DNA of 64,000 bases, from NCBI GenBank assembly GCA_040285855.1, contig JAUFOQ010000004.1, forward strand, positions 2,170,001 to 2,234,000, in the 5' to 3' direction. The notes under the pieces are model-generated. The model saw only the letters and a program-made list of their open reading frames with translations, did not search any database and was not told the origin of the DNA. The stretch is from Eukaryota sp. GEM-RC1. Taxonomy: Eukaryota. Below, piece by piece: positions 1-13,270 of the stretch. Position numbers and translations under genes: made by a program. Position 1 is the first letter of the stretch, and every line of letters begins with the position of its first letter.

Positions 1-3000
1 TTAACTCTTACTTATATGCTTTTGACGTGTTGTTTCTAAATTTGGATCTCATGAACTTGACTCAATCCATGGTGGTTCTTGGTGGAAAAACTACACTTGA
101 AGCAGATATTCAGATTAGTCTGATTGACAGTGAGCTCTTTTTAAATGAAAACGTGACATTCCAATATTTTTCAATTGATTTGATTGCACTGGAAAGCATT
201 ATTTCCGTGTCTGCTGAATATCTTCAATTTAACGCACTTTACCTTTTCCATTCAACTCTTTCTTCCATGTCAAATGTAGATCTCCTTTTCAACTCTTTTG
301 ATTGTGTAAGTTGTCAAATTCTAACAAGCCATTCAATCTTAGTTACTGATCAATTCTTAGTTTCCTCAGCCAACTTTTTCTTCTACAATGTTTGTGACAG
401 AATCTGTTTCTACTGCACTTCTTACAGGTAATATCAGGACATCCAACTCAATTCACTTACTGTGCAACGTCACCCTTGTAGACTTGGATTTATCAGAACT
501 ACCTTCTACTTCCTTGTCCGAACTACCTTTTACTTCTTCTCCCTCTTTAACATTTTATTCTTCAGTTTGGCTTTGTAACAGGATCTCTGTTTTGATTAAT
601 GTAGAGTTTCAACGACATGTATTTCTGTCTAATGCATCGTATTACTCAGATCGAGATTTAAAAATAGATTTTCTTTTGTCTGGGACGGGGGATATTTATA
701 CTAATGTGTTGAATTCTGGTGGTTTAATCCCTAAATTACTTGAAATTGACGCACATTTGACTTTCTTTGCAGTTTCAAAACTACAAGTTTCGCTGTCATC
801 TGGTATTATTCCTCTTTCTGTAGTTTCAACTGCTAGTTTATCGGGAGCTCTTGAAGTAGAAATTGATGTTGACAATGACACACTTATACATGATATAATT
901 GGCAGAGAGTTCACTTTAGTGAGAGCCGGCGAAATAATTGGAAATTTTGATGACATTGATAGTGATTGTAATTCAATTTTATCTATTTCTTATACTGCTT
1001 CTTTTGTTATTGCTTCTGTTAATGATTACATTGTTAACTTGAACCAGGTTTCTTACATTTCTACTACTGGTTTTGATGATCCTTGTTGTGGAACTTTTAA
1101 CAGTCCCTGCGCTTCTTTTAAAGGAGTTTTAGAAAGAATGGGAAGAAAAGGGAAGGTTTATTTCCATGGAGGAAGTTACTCATTTAATCAAGGATTGGGG
1201 AAGGTAAGTAATGTTGATTGGGAGGTGATTGGTCTTGGTGATGTGAATATTGAAGGAATGTCGGAAACTTTATTTGAGATTGATGAATCTGTTTTTGTTC
1301 TCTCAAATGTTTTTGTAAATACTTCAACCTCTAGAACTTTTCATATTTCAAATTCCTCTGTTTCTGTCAATAACTCTACTTTTCAATCATTGAATATGTT
1401 TTCTGATGGAGTTGTTTTTGATTCCAGTTTTACTGTATGTTCATCTATTTTTATTTCATTTTCTTTTGAAATTGTAAGGTCTGACGCTGAATTTTCGAAT
1501 TCTACATTTGCTGGAGAAGTTTCAGGCTTTCTTTTTCAATTCTTTCATCATCTTTAGTAACAGTATCTACTTCAACTTTTGAAAAATTAATTGCAAATTC
1601 TCTTTTTGATTCCGATTCTTCGAGTTTGTTGTTATCACAGTCGATTTTTAGTAACACTATTTCTAGTTCCATTTTTAATCTGAACAATTCTGAATTGATA
1701 ATTAATCATTGTGACATTTTCAACAGCTATGGAGATTTCTTCATCGATGGGTATGAAAGCTCTTTGATTTTGAATTCTCCGGTTTTTCAGTTTTCAAATT
1801 TTACGCAATGGTTCAGTATTGCTGCTGGTTCATTTGATGGTCAACACATTTCGTTCTTTGAAATCAACCATGATGTTTTCTATTTTAATAATTGTTCAGA
1901 AGCTTTACTACAGAATGTTACAGTTGATGGATCAATCATAGATTCATTAATTTATTTAAAAAGTTCTAATATTTCAATTTCAGACATTTCTCTTCAGGGT
2001 TCTGCTGGAGTAACTCTAATTACTGGGTTTGATTCTGTTATTAATCTTGGATCTCTTCTTGTTTTAAACTGTTCGTTTAATTCCTTTCTTTCCATATCAT
2101 TTTCCCACTCAATTGCTGCTTCAATTCAATCTAACTTATCAATCTTTACTGATAAGTTATTGTCTTTCTATAACTCTACAATTATTTTCAAAGAGTTTCT
2201 AGTTGCTAATGTTTGTTCAAATACTTTCTTAAGATCATTTGATTCTACAGCTCTTTTCGAAAACACAATCATCAGACATTTTGATTTTCAATACTTCTTA
2301 AACCTCCGTCAATCAAACGTGACCTTCATTAATCTATCAAAGACAAATTGCATGGCATCATTGCTTGATTCTTCAATTGATGACGTGATCATGATTAAAT
2401 CACAATTGATGCTTCACTATTCCAATATTTCTGGTTGTATTTTTTAATGGTGTATTTAAGAATAGCTTTTATCTTGAGAATTCACGACTTTTTCTAGTTG
2501 ATCTGGATAATTATCTTTTTTTCTCGTCACTTACTTTGATCAAGTCAAATTGTTCATTTAATTCAAAATTTCCAATAATTTCAAAATTTATAACAATTGA
2601 TGAAGAATCCTTTATTGCTGGCTCTGATTCTGTAGTGGATCTTTCTGAATTATCCTCAAATATTTCAATTTCTCCATCAAAACACTGCTGTAACACGTCT
2701 TTCTGTCAGGTTTCGTTACAATTAAATGATATTTTTGTACTGGAGAATCTAATGTCGATCTCTGTTAAACAATGTTTCCAGTACTTCTATCATTTAGACT
2801 CTCTAAGTCTAGTTCTTGAACATTCTAAATCCTTCAATTATTCTGCTCCTTCCATTTTGTTGAGTTTTGTTATTGATCAAATCCTGTTTTCCTATCAATT
2901 ATTCATTCATATTTGTCCTATTGAGTTTGTTAGTCTAGAACCTCCAACTAGAGGTGGATTAGTACCACTTTTGCTTTTAATCTTGGGTTAGATCCTATTG

Positions 3001-6000
3001 TTATTCACGATTCAACTGCGTCAATCAATCAAAGTCTTGAGTATTCTTCAAGTAATCATCAAGTTTTAAATATTTTCTTTTATGAGGGTCTTGGATGTCA
3101 TGAAATGATTATATCAAGATCAACTGATTTTGAACAGTTATTCTTTAAATATTGTTTTAAACGACCTTTTATTCAATCTGTAACTCCAAATCCTTTCCCT
3201 TTAACAGGATCACTGATTTTAAAAGGATCAGATTTTTCCACAAATTTTGAATTCTTTTCTATTACTTCAGAATTCCCTCAAACCGGTATTTCCAATTATT
3301 TAGAAGATGAAATTATTTTAGATATTCCGTATATTTGTAATATCACTTCCTCTACATTTGAAATTTTGTTAATAATTGGAAATCAGACTAGTAATAGGTA
3401 TTCACTTAATTTTGGTCCACCAATATTCAGTTATCAACCTGTCCCTCTTTCCCCTTCTGGTGAAACTATTCTTCTTCATGGTTCAAATTTTACAAAAATA
3501 TTAAACTGTTTTTACAATTCAACTATTGAATTTTCTGTTAGGAGTTCTTTTCAAATTTCCGATGACCATGAAATGACTGTTACTACACCTGAATTATATG
3601 GATTAACTGAATTTATAATCTTTGTTGAACTTATTAAAGGGTTCAATTTTTCATTTCCATCCCAGTAACATCTTTTGTTGCTAGAAATACTCACTTTGTT
3701 TGTTTTGTTGGAATTGCTTGTGAAATTGAAGTTTATAGTTATTTGGAAACTTTCTCGTTTATTGAAACCTTTATTGAACCTAATGTGCCTGATAGTATTT
3801 ACTTTCTCTACTTTGGTTCAACTGTTTCTTCTGCTTTTGTTACATTTATTTCATATCTTCCCGGAATTCCACAAAATTTAAAAATATGTGCCAGTTTTGG
3901 TTGTTTTTCTATTTTTAATTTACCATTTGTTGTGAAGCCGTCTTATATTACTCCAAAGTATTTCCAATGGTTAAATGAGTCTATAACTACTGAAATTGTT
4001 GTTGAAGTTGAGGGAATATCTTCTTACAATTTCTCAGTAATTCAAAATAGTTTTCACTTTGACACTTGTCAATCCAAGCTTTCCTATTTGGGTGTATCGT
4101 CTCTTATTTTTGATGTAGAGTTATCCACAGTGGGAAATTGTACTTTAATTGGATCGTCTTTTTCAAATGATTTCCATCTCAAATTTTCAGTTGAAGTTAC
4201 GAATTATTTAATTTTTCCACCAACTGTTAGTTTTAATTCTATCATTCAATTTTATTTATCTGAGGATATTTCTGATCTCTTTATAACTCATGGAAGTCAA
4301 CGGATTTCAGTCAATCATGGTGCCACTATTTTAAATTTGAGAGATTCTTCTACATTTATCACTCTTCACAGATTCTCCCAGTCAATGAACGTTAGCTTTG
4401 TTACTTCTTTATTTGATTCAGAAATTCCTGAGGTAATTGAGGTGAATTACCCTCAATCGATTTGGATTGATCTTAATCAGTTTAATTATGATTTTGATAT
4501 CACTTGTTCTGGTGATTGTGATTTGTCCTTAGATTATACTCAGAATTCAACTCTAAGGGTGTCTTTTACTGGAATTGAGCTAGGAATACTTATTGTTGAG
4601 GTATTCGCTTTTTTTCACAATTCTAATTTCAACTTTCAAATCCCAATAATAGTCGAAAACCCTCCAAAATTTGAACTTGTTAGTCTAAATGTTGTTACAT
4701 CATCTGAGAAAGCTTACATCGTAATTGAGAGTTACTCACATTTTGAATTAAATTCTACATTTTTCATTGATAATTCTATTTTTGATCCTTCTAATGTTGA
4801 GCTCATCTCCAGTTCTGATTCCTTCTTTGTTTACAGATTTGAATTAAATCTTACTTCTTTGCCAGTTTTTGAAGGTGAATATATTCAAAATCTGATTTGG
4901 TCTCAAGATGGTTTCAAGAAACATTTTATTAGTCACATTAAATTCTTCAATTTGGAATTCAGCAGTAACGATTACGTTAGTGTTTTTGAACATCGTGATA
5001 TTTCTGTTGACTTCCAAGGAAATCTTACTTCAAATTTGACTTGTTCTATCGAAAATCAAGACTTCTTCGGTCAAGTTATTGATAATTACTTGGTTTGTAA
5101 GAATGTGAGAATCCCTACTTTTCAACAACACGTGTATGTTGATGTTTATTATGACCAATTTCTTTTGAATTCTTTTGAAATTTCTGGGGAAGCCTTTTTG
5201 GAAGAGATTTGTTTTATTTCTTTTCCCCGTCATCCTTTGATAAATTCCTCGGAAATTATTTCAAATGTCGATACAAATTTAATATTGGATGGATCAAGGT
5301 GCTGTAATGTTGATGTATCTCATTGTGCAGAATTAATCTTGAAAAATGAAACAGTTTTGTTCCTTTTTCAATCACAGTTCGATATTCATTACGTTATAGT
5401 TACGACAAATTCCAGTTGTGAAGGTATTGACTCCGACCTTCCTTTTAAATTGATTGTCAACAATCACACTCTTTCCTCTTTCATTTCTTGTAAACAAATT
5501 CCTAGTGGTTATTCATTTGCATCAATGTGTGAAATAGATCTAGTATTACCAAAAACTTCTGAGATTACTCTAATTGCTTTAGAAGATCTGTATTTACTAG
5601 AAATAGAGTTTTATGGTTACAAATCCAACACTTGTTTTAAACCTTTCTCTTTTGGAAAAGGTGTTACTTCATTAGGTGAAGTAATTGATGAAGATGTTCA
5701 TTTAAAATATAATTCTCAATCATTTGATTCAATTTCAGAATTCAAACAAGTCGTGGTTGACAAGTCAACTTTCTGGTCATCGTCATTTCTAACTTTTCCC
5801 ACTGAGTTGTATTCTCATCTTTGTTATTATTCTACTGTTAGTTATCCAACTGTTTTGACTGCTTCGTCAGCATCATTTGTAATTTTTGAAGCTGAAGTAG
5901 TCGAATTAAATCCTCAACATTTAAATATTTCAATTCCAATTATTTGTGTTGATCCTTTGAATTTTATTGTTGACTGTGATGGAATGTTGTCAGTACATTC

Positions 6001-7616
6001 ATGGTCATTTGAATTCTCGGATTTTGAATTTTTAAATAATTCAGTAATTTTCACTTTTTCGAATATGGCCAATCTAGGAGAACATTCTGTCTGGATTTCT
6101 TTTACTCAAAGTCAATTTCAATGGAATGGAACCATTGTTCAAAATTTTAATCAAATATTCGAAATAAGTGACTTTAATATCAACAGTTGTGACCATCAAT
6201 TTACTTTGGACAATGCTTGTACTATTTTGAACCTTTCTGCTAGCTTGATAACTCAACATCAATTTATGAATAATTCAAAAATGTCATTATTTCAGATTTA
6301 AATATTTTCGTTGACTCTTCCACAAGTGTGTTGCATATTCTTGATGAAACTAGGTTAGAAATAATTGGACCGCCACTTGAACCAATAGTGATTACTCTTT
6401 CCTATTTCTCTCAGTCAATAACCCTGAATCTAATCACAAATGATTGTCTGCTTCCTAAATTGATTTCTGAACAACGCTGTTTATGTCCAAAAGGAATGGA
6501 ATTTAATTTTCTTGGTGAATGTGTCGAATGTCCTTTAAATTATTATTCAAATCTAGAATTTAATTCAGAATGTAGATCTTGTCTGTTTCCTAGAATTACT
6601 CGTCAAAAAGGTTCAAGTGATCTTAACCAATGTGTTTGTCCTTTAAACACTCTAGATTCTGCAGATTCTTGCTTATCTTGTCCTCATTTAGCTGAATGTG
6701 GATATGGAAATTTGACCGGAATTCAATCTGGTTTTAGATTAAATACTGATACTTGGGAACTTGATGAGTGTGTTTTTTGGTATAATTGTCAACAGAATTC
6801 TTGCAGATCACGTCATGCTTATGGAGATTTGTGTCAATACTGTACTGAAGATGCTGTTTTCAGTAGAGTTTACTGTATTGGGAAAGAACATTTATGGATC
6901 AAGATTCTATTCTTGGTACTCTTTGTTTTACTGTTATTTGTTACAGACAGAGTTTCAATGCTATTTCTTCAATCAAAAGTACTTTCACAGGCTTTACGAT
7001 TGTCCACGTCATCTCTGTCGTTTTTCCGCTCCTCTCAAATTTTGAAGCAGTTTTCGAATTATTCAAATATTTTACATATTTTCATGTTCTCAGTTACAGT
7101 CATTATTTACAAAAGAGTATCTGCAAGTCTAATCTTTTTGAGTATATTTCATCTCTGTTTTATTTAGACAAATCAATAATATTGTTAATATTATGTGTTG
7201 GTTCTCTCTCGTTTGCTTCAAGATTTTGTTTAACCAAATATTTCAAATTCAAAACATTCAATATCTTTCATAGCGCCTTCTTCACTGGAGCTGCTATGAT
7301 GTCTGTTAATTATGTCTTTGAAGTACTTTTGACTCAATTTTTCATTCAAAAACAACCTTTTTCATCATTTGTTTTTGCTTTTATTCACTTTTTGTTTATA
7401 GTTATTGTTTTATTTATTCAACGAACTCAGCCTTATCTCTTTTCTCTTTTGGGTTATTGTATTATTTTGTTTTCAGAATTCTTTCCTAGTTTGGCTTATT
7501 TTATTATGCAAACTGTTGTTTTGATTTGTCTTTACTGTATTTCTACTGCTTTGGAACGAATTACTCTTGGAATAGCGTCTTTAGTTTCTGTTTATCGTCT
7601 TTTTGAGTATATTTGA
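1..7616 (+). CDS. Giant surface/membrane protein, copy A (5' end outside window); split into ORFs by single-base homopolymer indels
   Basis: ORFs 27..431, 388..1557, 1626..2447, 2536..2991, 3105..3668, 3743..6301, 6328..7167 and 6894..7616 are colinear with copies B-D. Motifs: ISTTGFDDPCCGTFNSPCASF, IPT/TIG-like PFIQSVTPNP..GSDF, Cys-rich CPKGMEF..CVECP, hydrophobic TM tail. Confidence 0.85.
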
Positions 7617-7915
7617 ATTCCTCACTTCATTGCTGTTTATATTGTACTTTGTTTTCATAGTATAATAGTAATATCCCATGTTTTTATACTTTCTACTTAT
7701 GAATATACATCTGACCTTCCAAATGTGTCGACTGTGAATCAATGAAGCTCTATGTTACTGAGTGTAATCATGACGTGATGATGAAGTAATGTATTTGAAG
7801 ATATAATATATTTTCTTATCACGTAATAAATTAGTGTTCCGATCAACTGAACTTTCATTATTCTTTTGTATTTCTTCGCAATTGATCTAAGATTTGTGAT
7901 GATATTCAATTTGAC

Positions 7916-10407
7916 TCAAAGTCGTGCCTTTCTTTCAAAAAACCCATTTTTTACAATTTCATAGTTTTCTAGGAAGGTTCCACCACGAAGCGAAGAATCG
8001 TTTACTGTATCGGGAGTCTTCCTCTGGGGTACCGTAGGGTCATCGTCAGCTGAGGGGCTAACCTTGTAGTTGGTTACAACAGGTTGTTCAGAAGAGATAG
8101 ATAATGGTTTGAGAGGAATGGAATGCTTATAAGTGTAGTCATTCGGTGAAGAGTAAGAGAGGTATGTTTCTGAGTTTGTGTGTGAATCGAGATAGGCGTC
8201 TTGGAAGAATTTTGGTAACGTAAGGTCATGTTCATCATCTGGGTATTCATCAGGGGCAGATAATGTAGTTTCTAAAGAGTAAGCTTTGGACTTAAAATCT
8301 CGGCTTTGATGGTATTTGTCTTCGGCAAACGAGTCCTTGAATGTTTTGGTAAACATAGTATTAGATTTGCTGCGGGTTATGCTGCGGGTGTTGTCGGAAG
8401 TCGGTCGAGGGTTTCTTGGGTTCTGATAAGCTCTTCGTTTGTTTACTTTTGAGGTACGGCAAGCAGGATCACGACATGCTTCAATCGAGTGACCCTCCAT
8501 TTTGCAAAAGTTGCAAAATGGGCGAGCTAGAGGTTGAAAAGAATGGTGTTTAGAAGGGGCTTGTGAAGGGGAATGATGTGGTGTATGATGATGAGAGGTT
8601 CTTCGAGATTCTTGCAAAAAGGAAGAGGGGAGCGCAGAACGGAAAGAGGTATTCTTGAGGGACGGCGTGAGGGAAGAAAAGGTTCTTATGTAGAATGATA
8701 GTACGTGATACAAGGTCCTCCAAGGAGTTAAGTAAGTTAAGGTTAAACTCATCGAAGAGGGCGTTTCGCAAAGTTGAGGGTTTGATTCCTTTTATAAAAG
8801 CAGATATGAGGGCTTTGGGAGAAGAGTGAGGAATGAAGGTTCGGCAACGGAGGGTAACTGCCTGAAGTTGTTCAAAGTAAGAGTGAATGTCTGATGTTCG
8901 AGCAGGATTCATAGAGAGGGAGTTTAGCACGTTTCGTGCCTCGGAAGCGTTCTGAACACGTGTGGAGTCCAGGAGGAAATTCCATAAAGAAGCTTGCGAG
9001 GAGAGAGCAGAGGGATCAATCATATTGATTAATGAAAGGACTTTTGGCAGGATATATTTGTGGAACTCTGGAGGAGGAGAGGGATCTTCAAAGAATGAGG
9101 GTATAGAGTCATTGGCAAGTGGTCTAGAGGATCCACTAATAGCAGAAGTGGAAGAACTGCGAGCGACAGATTCCTTTGCTGAGGCTGTGTTACTGAAACC
9201 TCCTGGTTTGTATTTAGCAGTGTTATCAATTTTCAGAAATGCGCCAAATGCGCGCATTTGGCGCATTTGACGCCTTTTACGCATTTGGGATTTTGTGATC
9301 TTGCGCATTTTGACTTTGAGATTTTTTTTTGAACTTTTTTTGTTTTTGTGCTTCTGTATAAGTCTCTATATACAATAACAGTGATGTTGACCTCAAAACA
9401 GTGTTTTGCAGTACCTCCTTCGTTGGACAAATGCAAAGTTGTATTGTATACAATTCAATGAACCTTCTGTTGATATCACAATGTGAATTGGTATAAAATC
9501 TGTGAAGTTAGTGGGATTCATCCAAAACTTTTGATCAAAAGTCTGTTTAACCCATATTTACGAACAATGCAAATCGATACAAAACCATAAACGGTTAATA
9601 ATATAAAAAATACTGAATGAAATATGGTTTAAATACCATTTATTAAGACACCAACGTCCACTGTTTGACCTTAAAGTTGAAACACATTTTCTGTATAGAG
9701 TATGTGATCAACAGTAACAGTTGTTTAATGAGATTGGTCAATGAGAAGAGGATGTTCGTTTTCGAGCTCTCAACTCAGCTTAAAGACTTTCAACAAGTTC
9801 TGAACTCAAGAAAACACTCGTCCCCGGTACAAAGTGTTGTTTCAAACGATTAGTTCCAGTGACGGACTGGTGGACACAATGACGACAATGAACTGTAGCT
9901 TCTGATACAACAGAACCTTTGGAAGGAGGTTGGTATACAATTGTAGCGTGATGCCAAATGACGTGGGATTTTGATACATATCGAAAGGGATATGGAATAT
10001 AGAGAATTACGAGGATATGTATCAGCACGACGAAAAAGATTTTTATTTATGGGGTGTCTCAAGTTCGAAATCAAAATGCGCACATAAAATGCGCGCATTT
10101 GGCGCATTTGACGCATTTCATTTCTGGAAAAAGTGCGCATTTGACAACACTGGTATTTAGACAAAGCGTCTGCGATAATTTTTTCTGCGTAAGCAAGAGT
10201 TTTACTAGGGTCCAATTGTTCACTGTCTGACATGAACTCAGATGAGTCTTCTGGAAGAGAGAGGGAGCTCTCGTCGTTGGCATTGGAAAAATGGCATACG
10301 TCTTGAATAAAACGAATGACATGGGCTGGAGTGAGAGATTGAAGTCGCGGAGCGACGAAACGAATCCTTTCTTCAAGGATCGCGGAGTTAGATAAGGACG
10401 AAGACAT
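7916..10407 (-). pseudogene. gag: Ty3/Gypsy gag, interrupted by a hAT insertion and a frameshift
   Basis: Starts just inside the LTR at 10428-10526. Removing 9218-10152 plus one TSD copy joins ..ADALSKY to KPGGFSNT.. in frame. Zinc knuckle CNFCKMEGHSIEAC in ORF 7916..8752. Confidence 0.8.
9218..10152 (-). mobile_element. Internally deleted hAT DNA transposon with a BED-finger remnant
   Basis: TIRs CAGTGTTATCAA / TTGACAACACTG. Perfect 8-bp TSD GTATTTAG (9210-9217, 10153-10160). Subterminal GCGCATTT repeats. ORF 9780..10028 has BED-like IWHH..CRHC..GTNRLKQH. Confidence 0.9.
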
Positions 10408-10427
10408 ACGGTTGATTCCACAATACG

Positions 10428-10526
10428 TATTGATGGGGAAAGCGCTTTTAGAAGTAGTTTATTGTAAGAAGAAGAAGAAAGACTATAAAGGAGATTTGTC
10501 ATGACACTTTGACACGTGTCACAACA
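10428..10526 (-). repeat. 5' LTR (99 bp) of the Gypsy element, inverted relative to the 3' LTR
   Basis: Reverse complement of 16581-16680 with about 2 differences; immediately upstream of the gag ATG at 10407. Confidence 0.9.
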
Positions 10527-11534
10527 CTATCTCGTAATGGATTATTTCTATCACACTGCACTTTCGATTTTTCCGTTTAATTGGCGATTAAATTTTCATT
10601 ACTACTACTGGTTATGGTTGAAATAAGAAGTTCTTACTCTGATTAAAACAATTCCTCTTATCGTCTCCAAAACTATACCAACAGTGAGTGAGATTCTATG
10701 AAGATAATTCTGTGGTTGAAGGTAGAGGTGGTGGCTGGTGTTTGTTTAAGGACGGACAATTTTAGGCTCTATTTTTAGTTGTAATTATATACACAGGATT
10801 TGATTTTATTACAGACAAATGAAGATAATACAACAAGCAGAAAACTACTCTTTCAAAAAGCAATAATTGTCAAAATGTCTTTTGCCTATAGACATGAAAG
10901 CAGAAATCTTTTCTCCGTAGTAGTCGCCTAAAGAACTCAGACTTCTTTTCAGCGTCTGGGAACTTACTGACGTAAAACACTCATCAAAGTGATTGGTTCA
11001 ACAATGAATTGCTACATTATCACTACACTACTCATGGTAATTAGTCTGTACTCAATTGATCATAAGGAATGACAACAAATTTGTTGTTGGAGGTGAGACT
11101 AATTGCCAACGATGTTAATTAGTCTGAGTGAGACTAATTACCCTCATTACTGTAACTGTGACGATTTTTCTCCCGTTTTGTCTGATCACACTGAGTGTGG
11201 TGTATAAAAGCTCAATTCTATTTATCCATTTGGTGCTTCGTTGGGTACAAAAGCATCGTGTTGTTGAAATCATTTATAAATAAATATTACTAAAAGACTC
11301 AATGAACGATGACAATTATTAAAAACTATTCACTTGAGCTCAGTTTCATTGACTTAGATTACATTATTCACCACCAGCCATGATAAATTCTACTATAAAG
11401 CAGAAGTGTTATGAGAGAAAACCGGTATAGGTTACAGTCAGTTTCACTATGAGTATCAACAACTTGTGACAAACATTCTTATTTATAAATATTTGTAAGA
11501 GTTTATTTGCAACAATAAATTAATACATACTAAT

Positions 11535-12840
11535 TCAGAAAATGAAAGAAGTTAAATTCTCCACATCAACACGAGAATTGTCTCTATACAACTTCGAATA
11601 AATGGAACATAAATACTTGGGAATGCTTCTATAAAGAGCGAACATAATTCGATTAATCCATACAGCGCTATTAAACACCTTGCCATTAGAACGACATAAA
11701 AGACTAAAATCACTGAAAAACTTTAAACCAGCTGGACCAATATTACCAAAAATTGAAATGGCAAATGGAACAAATGAAAACTTAGAATATAGATTTTCAT
11801 TAAGCTTCTGCAAAGCATCCACATAATCTGAACACTTTCGTTGTTCAGCCTTTTCCAGATGACCATTCGAATCATTCAATATGGAGTCTTGGTAGACTTT
11901 TGCAAACGGATCAACTGTAGTAAAATCAACAACTTGAGATGAATCCAGGAAAGGAGCAATTAAGTCACCACGCCGAGAATCAAACACGTTATTGTCACTA
12001 TAATGTTTCAGAAAAGGTTCAATTTTACAACTATAATTGTAGGATTTGAACATTTCATAAGTAACGTCACGAACAGCGTTATGTAGAACAGATCGAAATT
12101 GCAAAAATTTCTTGCAACTAACAACATGACGAAATGTGGCTGTAGCTCGGTTATCGCAAACACAGATTGAATTATTTAGCAAACCACTAGGGAATAAACC
12201 TAAACGAAGACGCATATTTTGCTTCCAAGCATCATTGTTCAAATGTAAACCAAAAGGTCTAGGTTGTTGAGTGATGAAGCTAGAACATTGTTGAATGTCA
12301 CATAAAAAAGCTGCAAAGACGGGATTATCAATCTTAGTCACACTAAGTCTTTTACTAAAATCCAAGTCTTCCAACCCAAGTAATGTAGCATTCTGTAACT
12401 TAACTACAGCAAGAGGTAGAAATTCAATTGACCGATCAGGAATAGATGAAACACTTTTCGGGATACTTTTGTTCCAAACTTCAATAGGCAAACCTTGAAC
12501 TAAGTCCTCCAAAGAGTTTAATAAAGCGTAAGAGCCGTCTACAACTGAATCGGAAATATTTTCGAACCGAAGCTTACTCTCAAAAAGAAAGTTCTTCATA
12601 CCACCAAGGAAAGCACTTTTACATAAATACTGAGCTCTTGAAAAACCTACACCACCAAATTTTGAACTGAAAAGGCATGATAAGGAATTTTGGAACTATT
12701 GATTTCAACCAAATTCCCTAAAAATTGAGTTCTCAAAGAGTTGAACTCACGAGCAAAACCAAGAGAAAGCTCAGGTGGTAAAGATCTGAGAAGATGATTG
12801 ATTTTTGATCCAAAACAGACCGAAAGTACTGAAAAAGCCA
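11535..12840 (-). mobile_element. 5'-truncated non-LTR retrotransposon of the restriction-like-endonuclease type (CRE-like): RT tail, Cys/His finger and RLE
   Basis: SKINHLLRSLPP; CVC..HVVSC; RRGDLI..DFTTVDP..AEQRK..Y; FVPFAISIFGNIG; AATAAA-rich tail after the stop. Confidence 0.8.
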
Positions 12841-13270
12841 ATCCTGGTTACTTCATTTTGGAACTTAAAGGATAGTTTGGCCTTGCATGAACCTGTTGAC
12901 TTCACAGATTCGCCATTGGCTAATGTGAAACTCAAGTTGGACTTTCCAATTTCTAGTTTTGCTTTGTTGGCCAGGTTTGAGGATATGCAACTGTTTTCAC
13001 ACGCACTATCCCAAGTACCTGTGAGAGGGATGGAATTGACAAGAACTGTCATTTTTAGGAAGTTGGATTTCATTAAAGATTGAGAGGGACTATCTGCAAA
13101 AGGGGTTTAGAATCAATGGAGTTGAGAGGAGCATTGTACAGAACTTTTGTTGCGTCAACGGAAGGATTAGATTCATCAGCATCAGAATCGCCTTTAAACG
13201 TTACACACCCAGGTCGCCCGTAGCAATCGACATCACCGAATACCGACACCAAGCCAGCGTTGGAACTAAC
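12841..13270 (-). pseudogene. Inverted segment carrying the N-terminal half of the retrotransposon aspartic protease
   Basis: ORF 12771..13073(-): GTWDSACENSCIS..TLANGESV..NEVTRI. Its continuation LHVTTTLHII..FLLGCDLM is on the + strand from ~13271. Confidence 0.75.

Noticed and set aside
1500..7200. Tiny introns explaining the ORF breaks in the surface genes
   Set aside because: Breaks are resolved by +/-1 nt in homopolymers, and paralogs read through the same sequence as coding
7755..7860. Possible solo LTR after gene A
   Set aside because: No second copy, TSD or clear termini in the window
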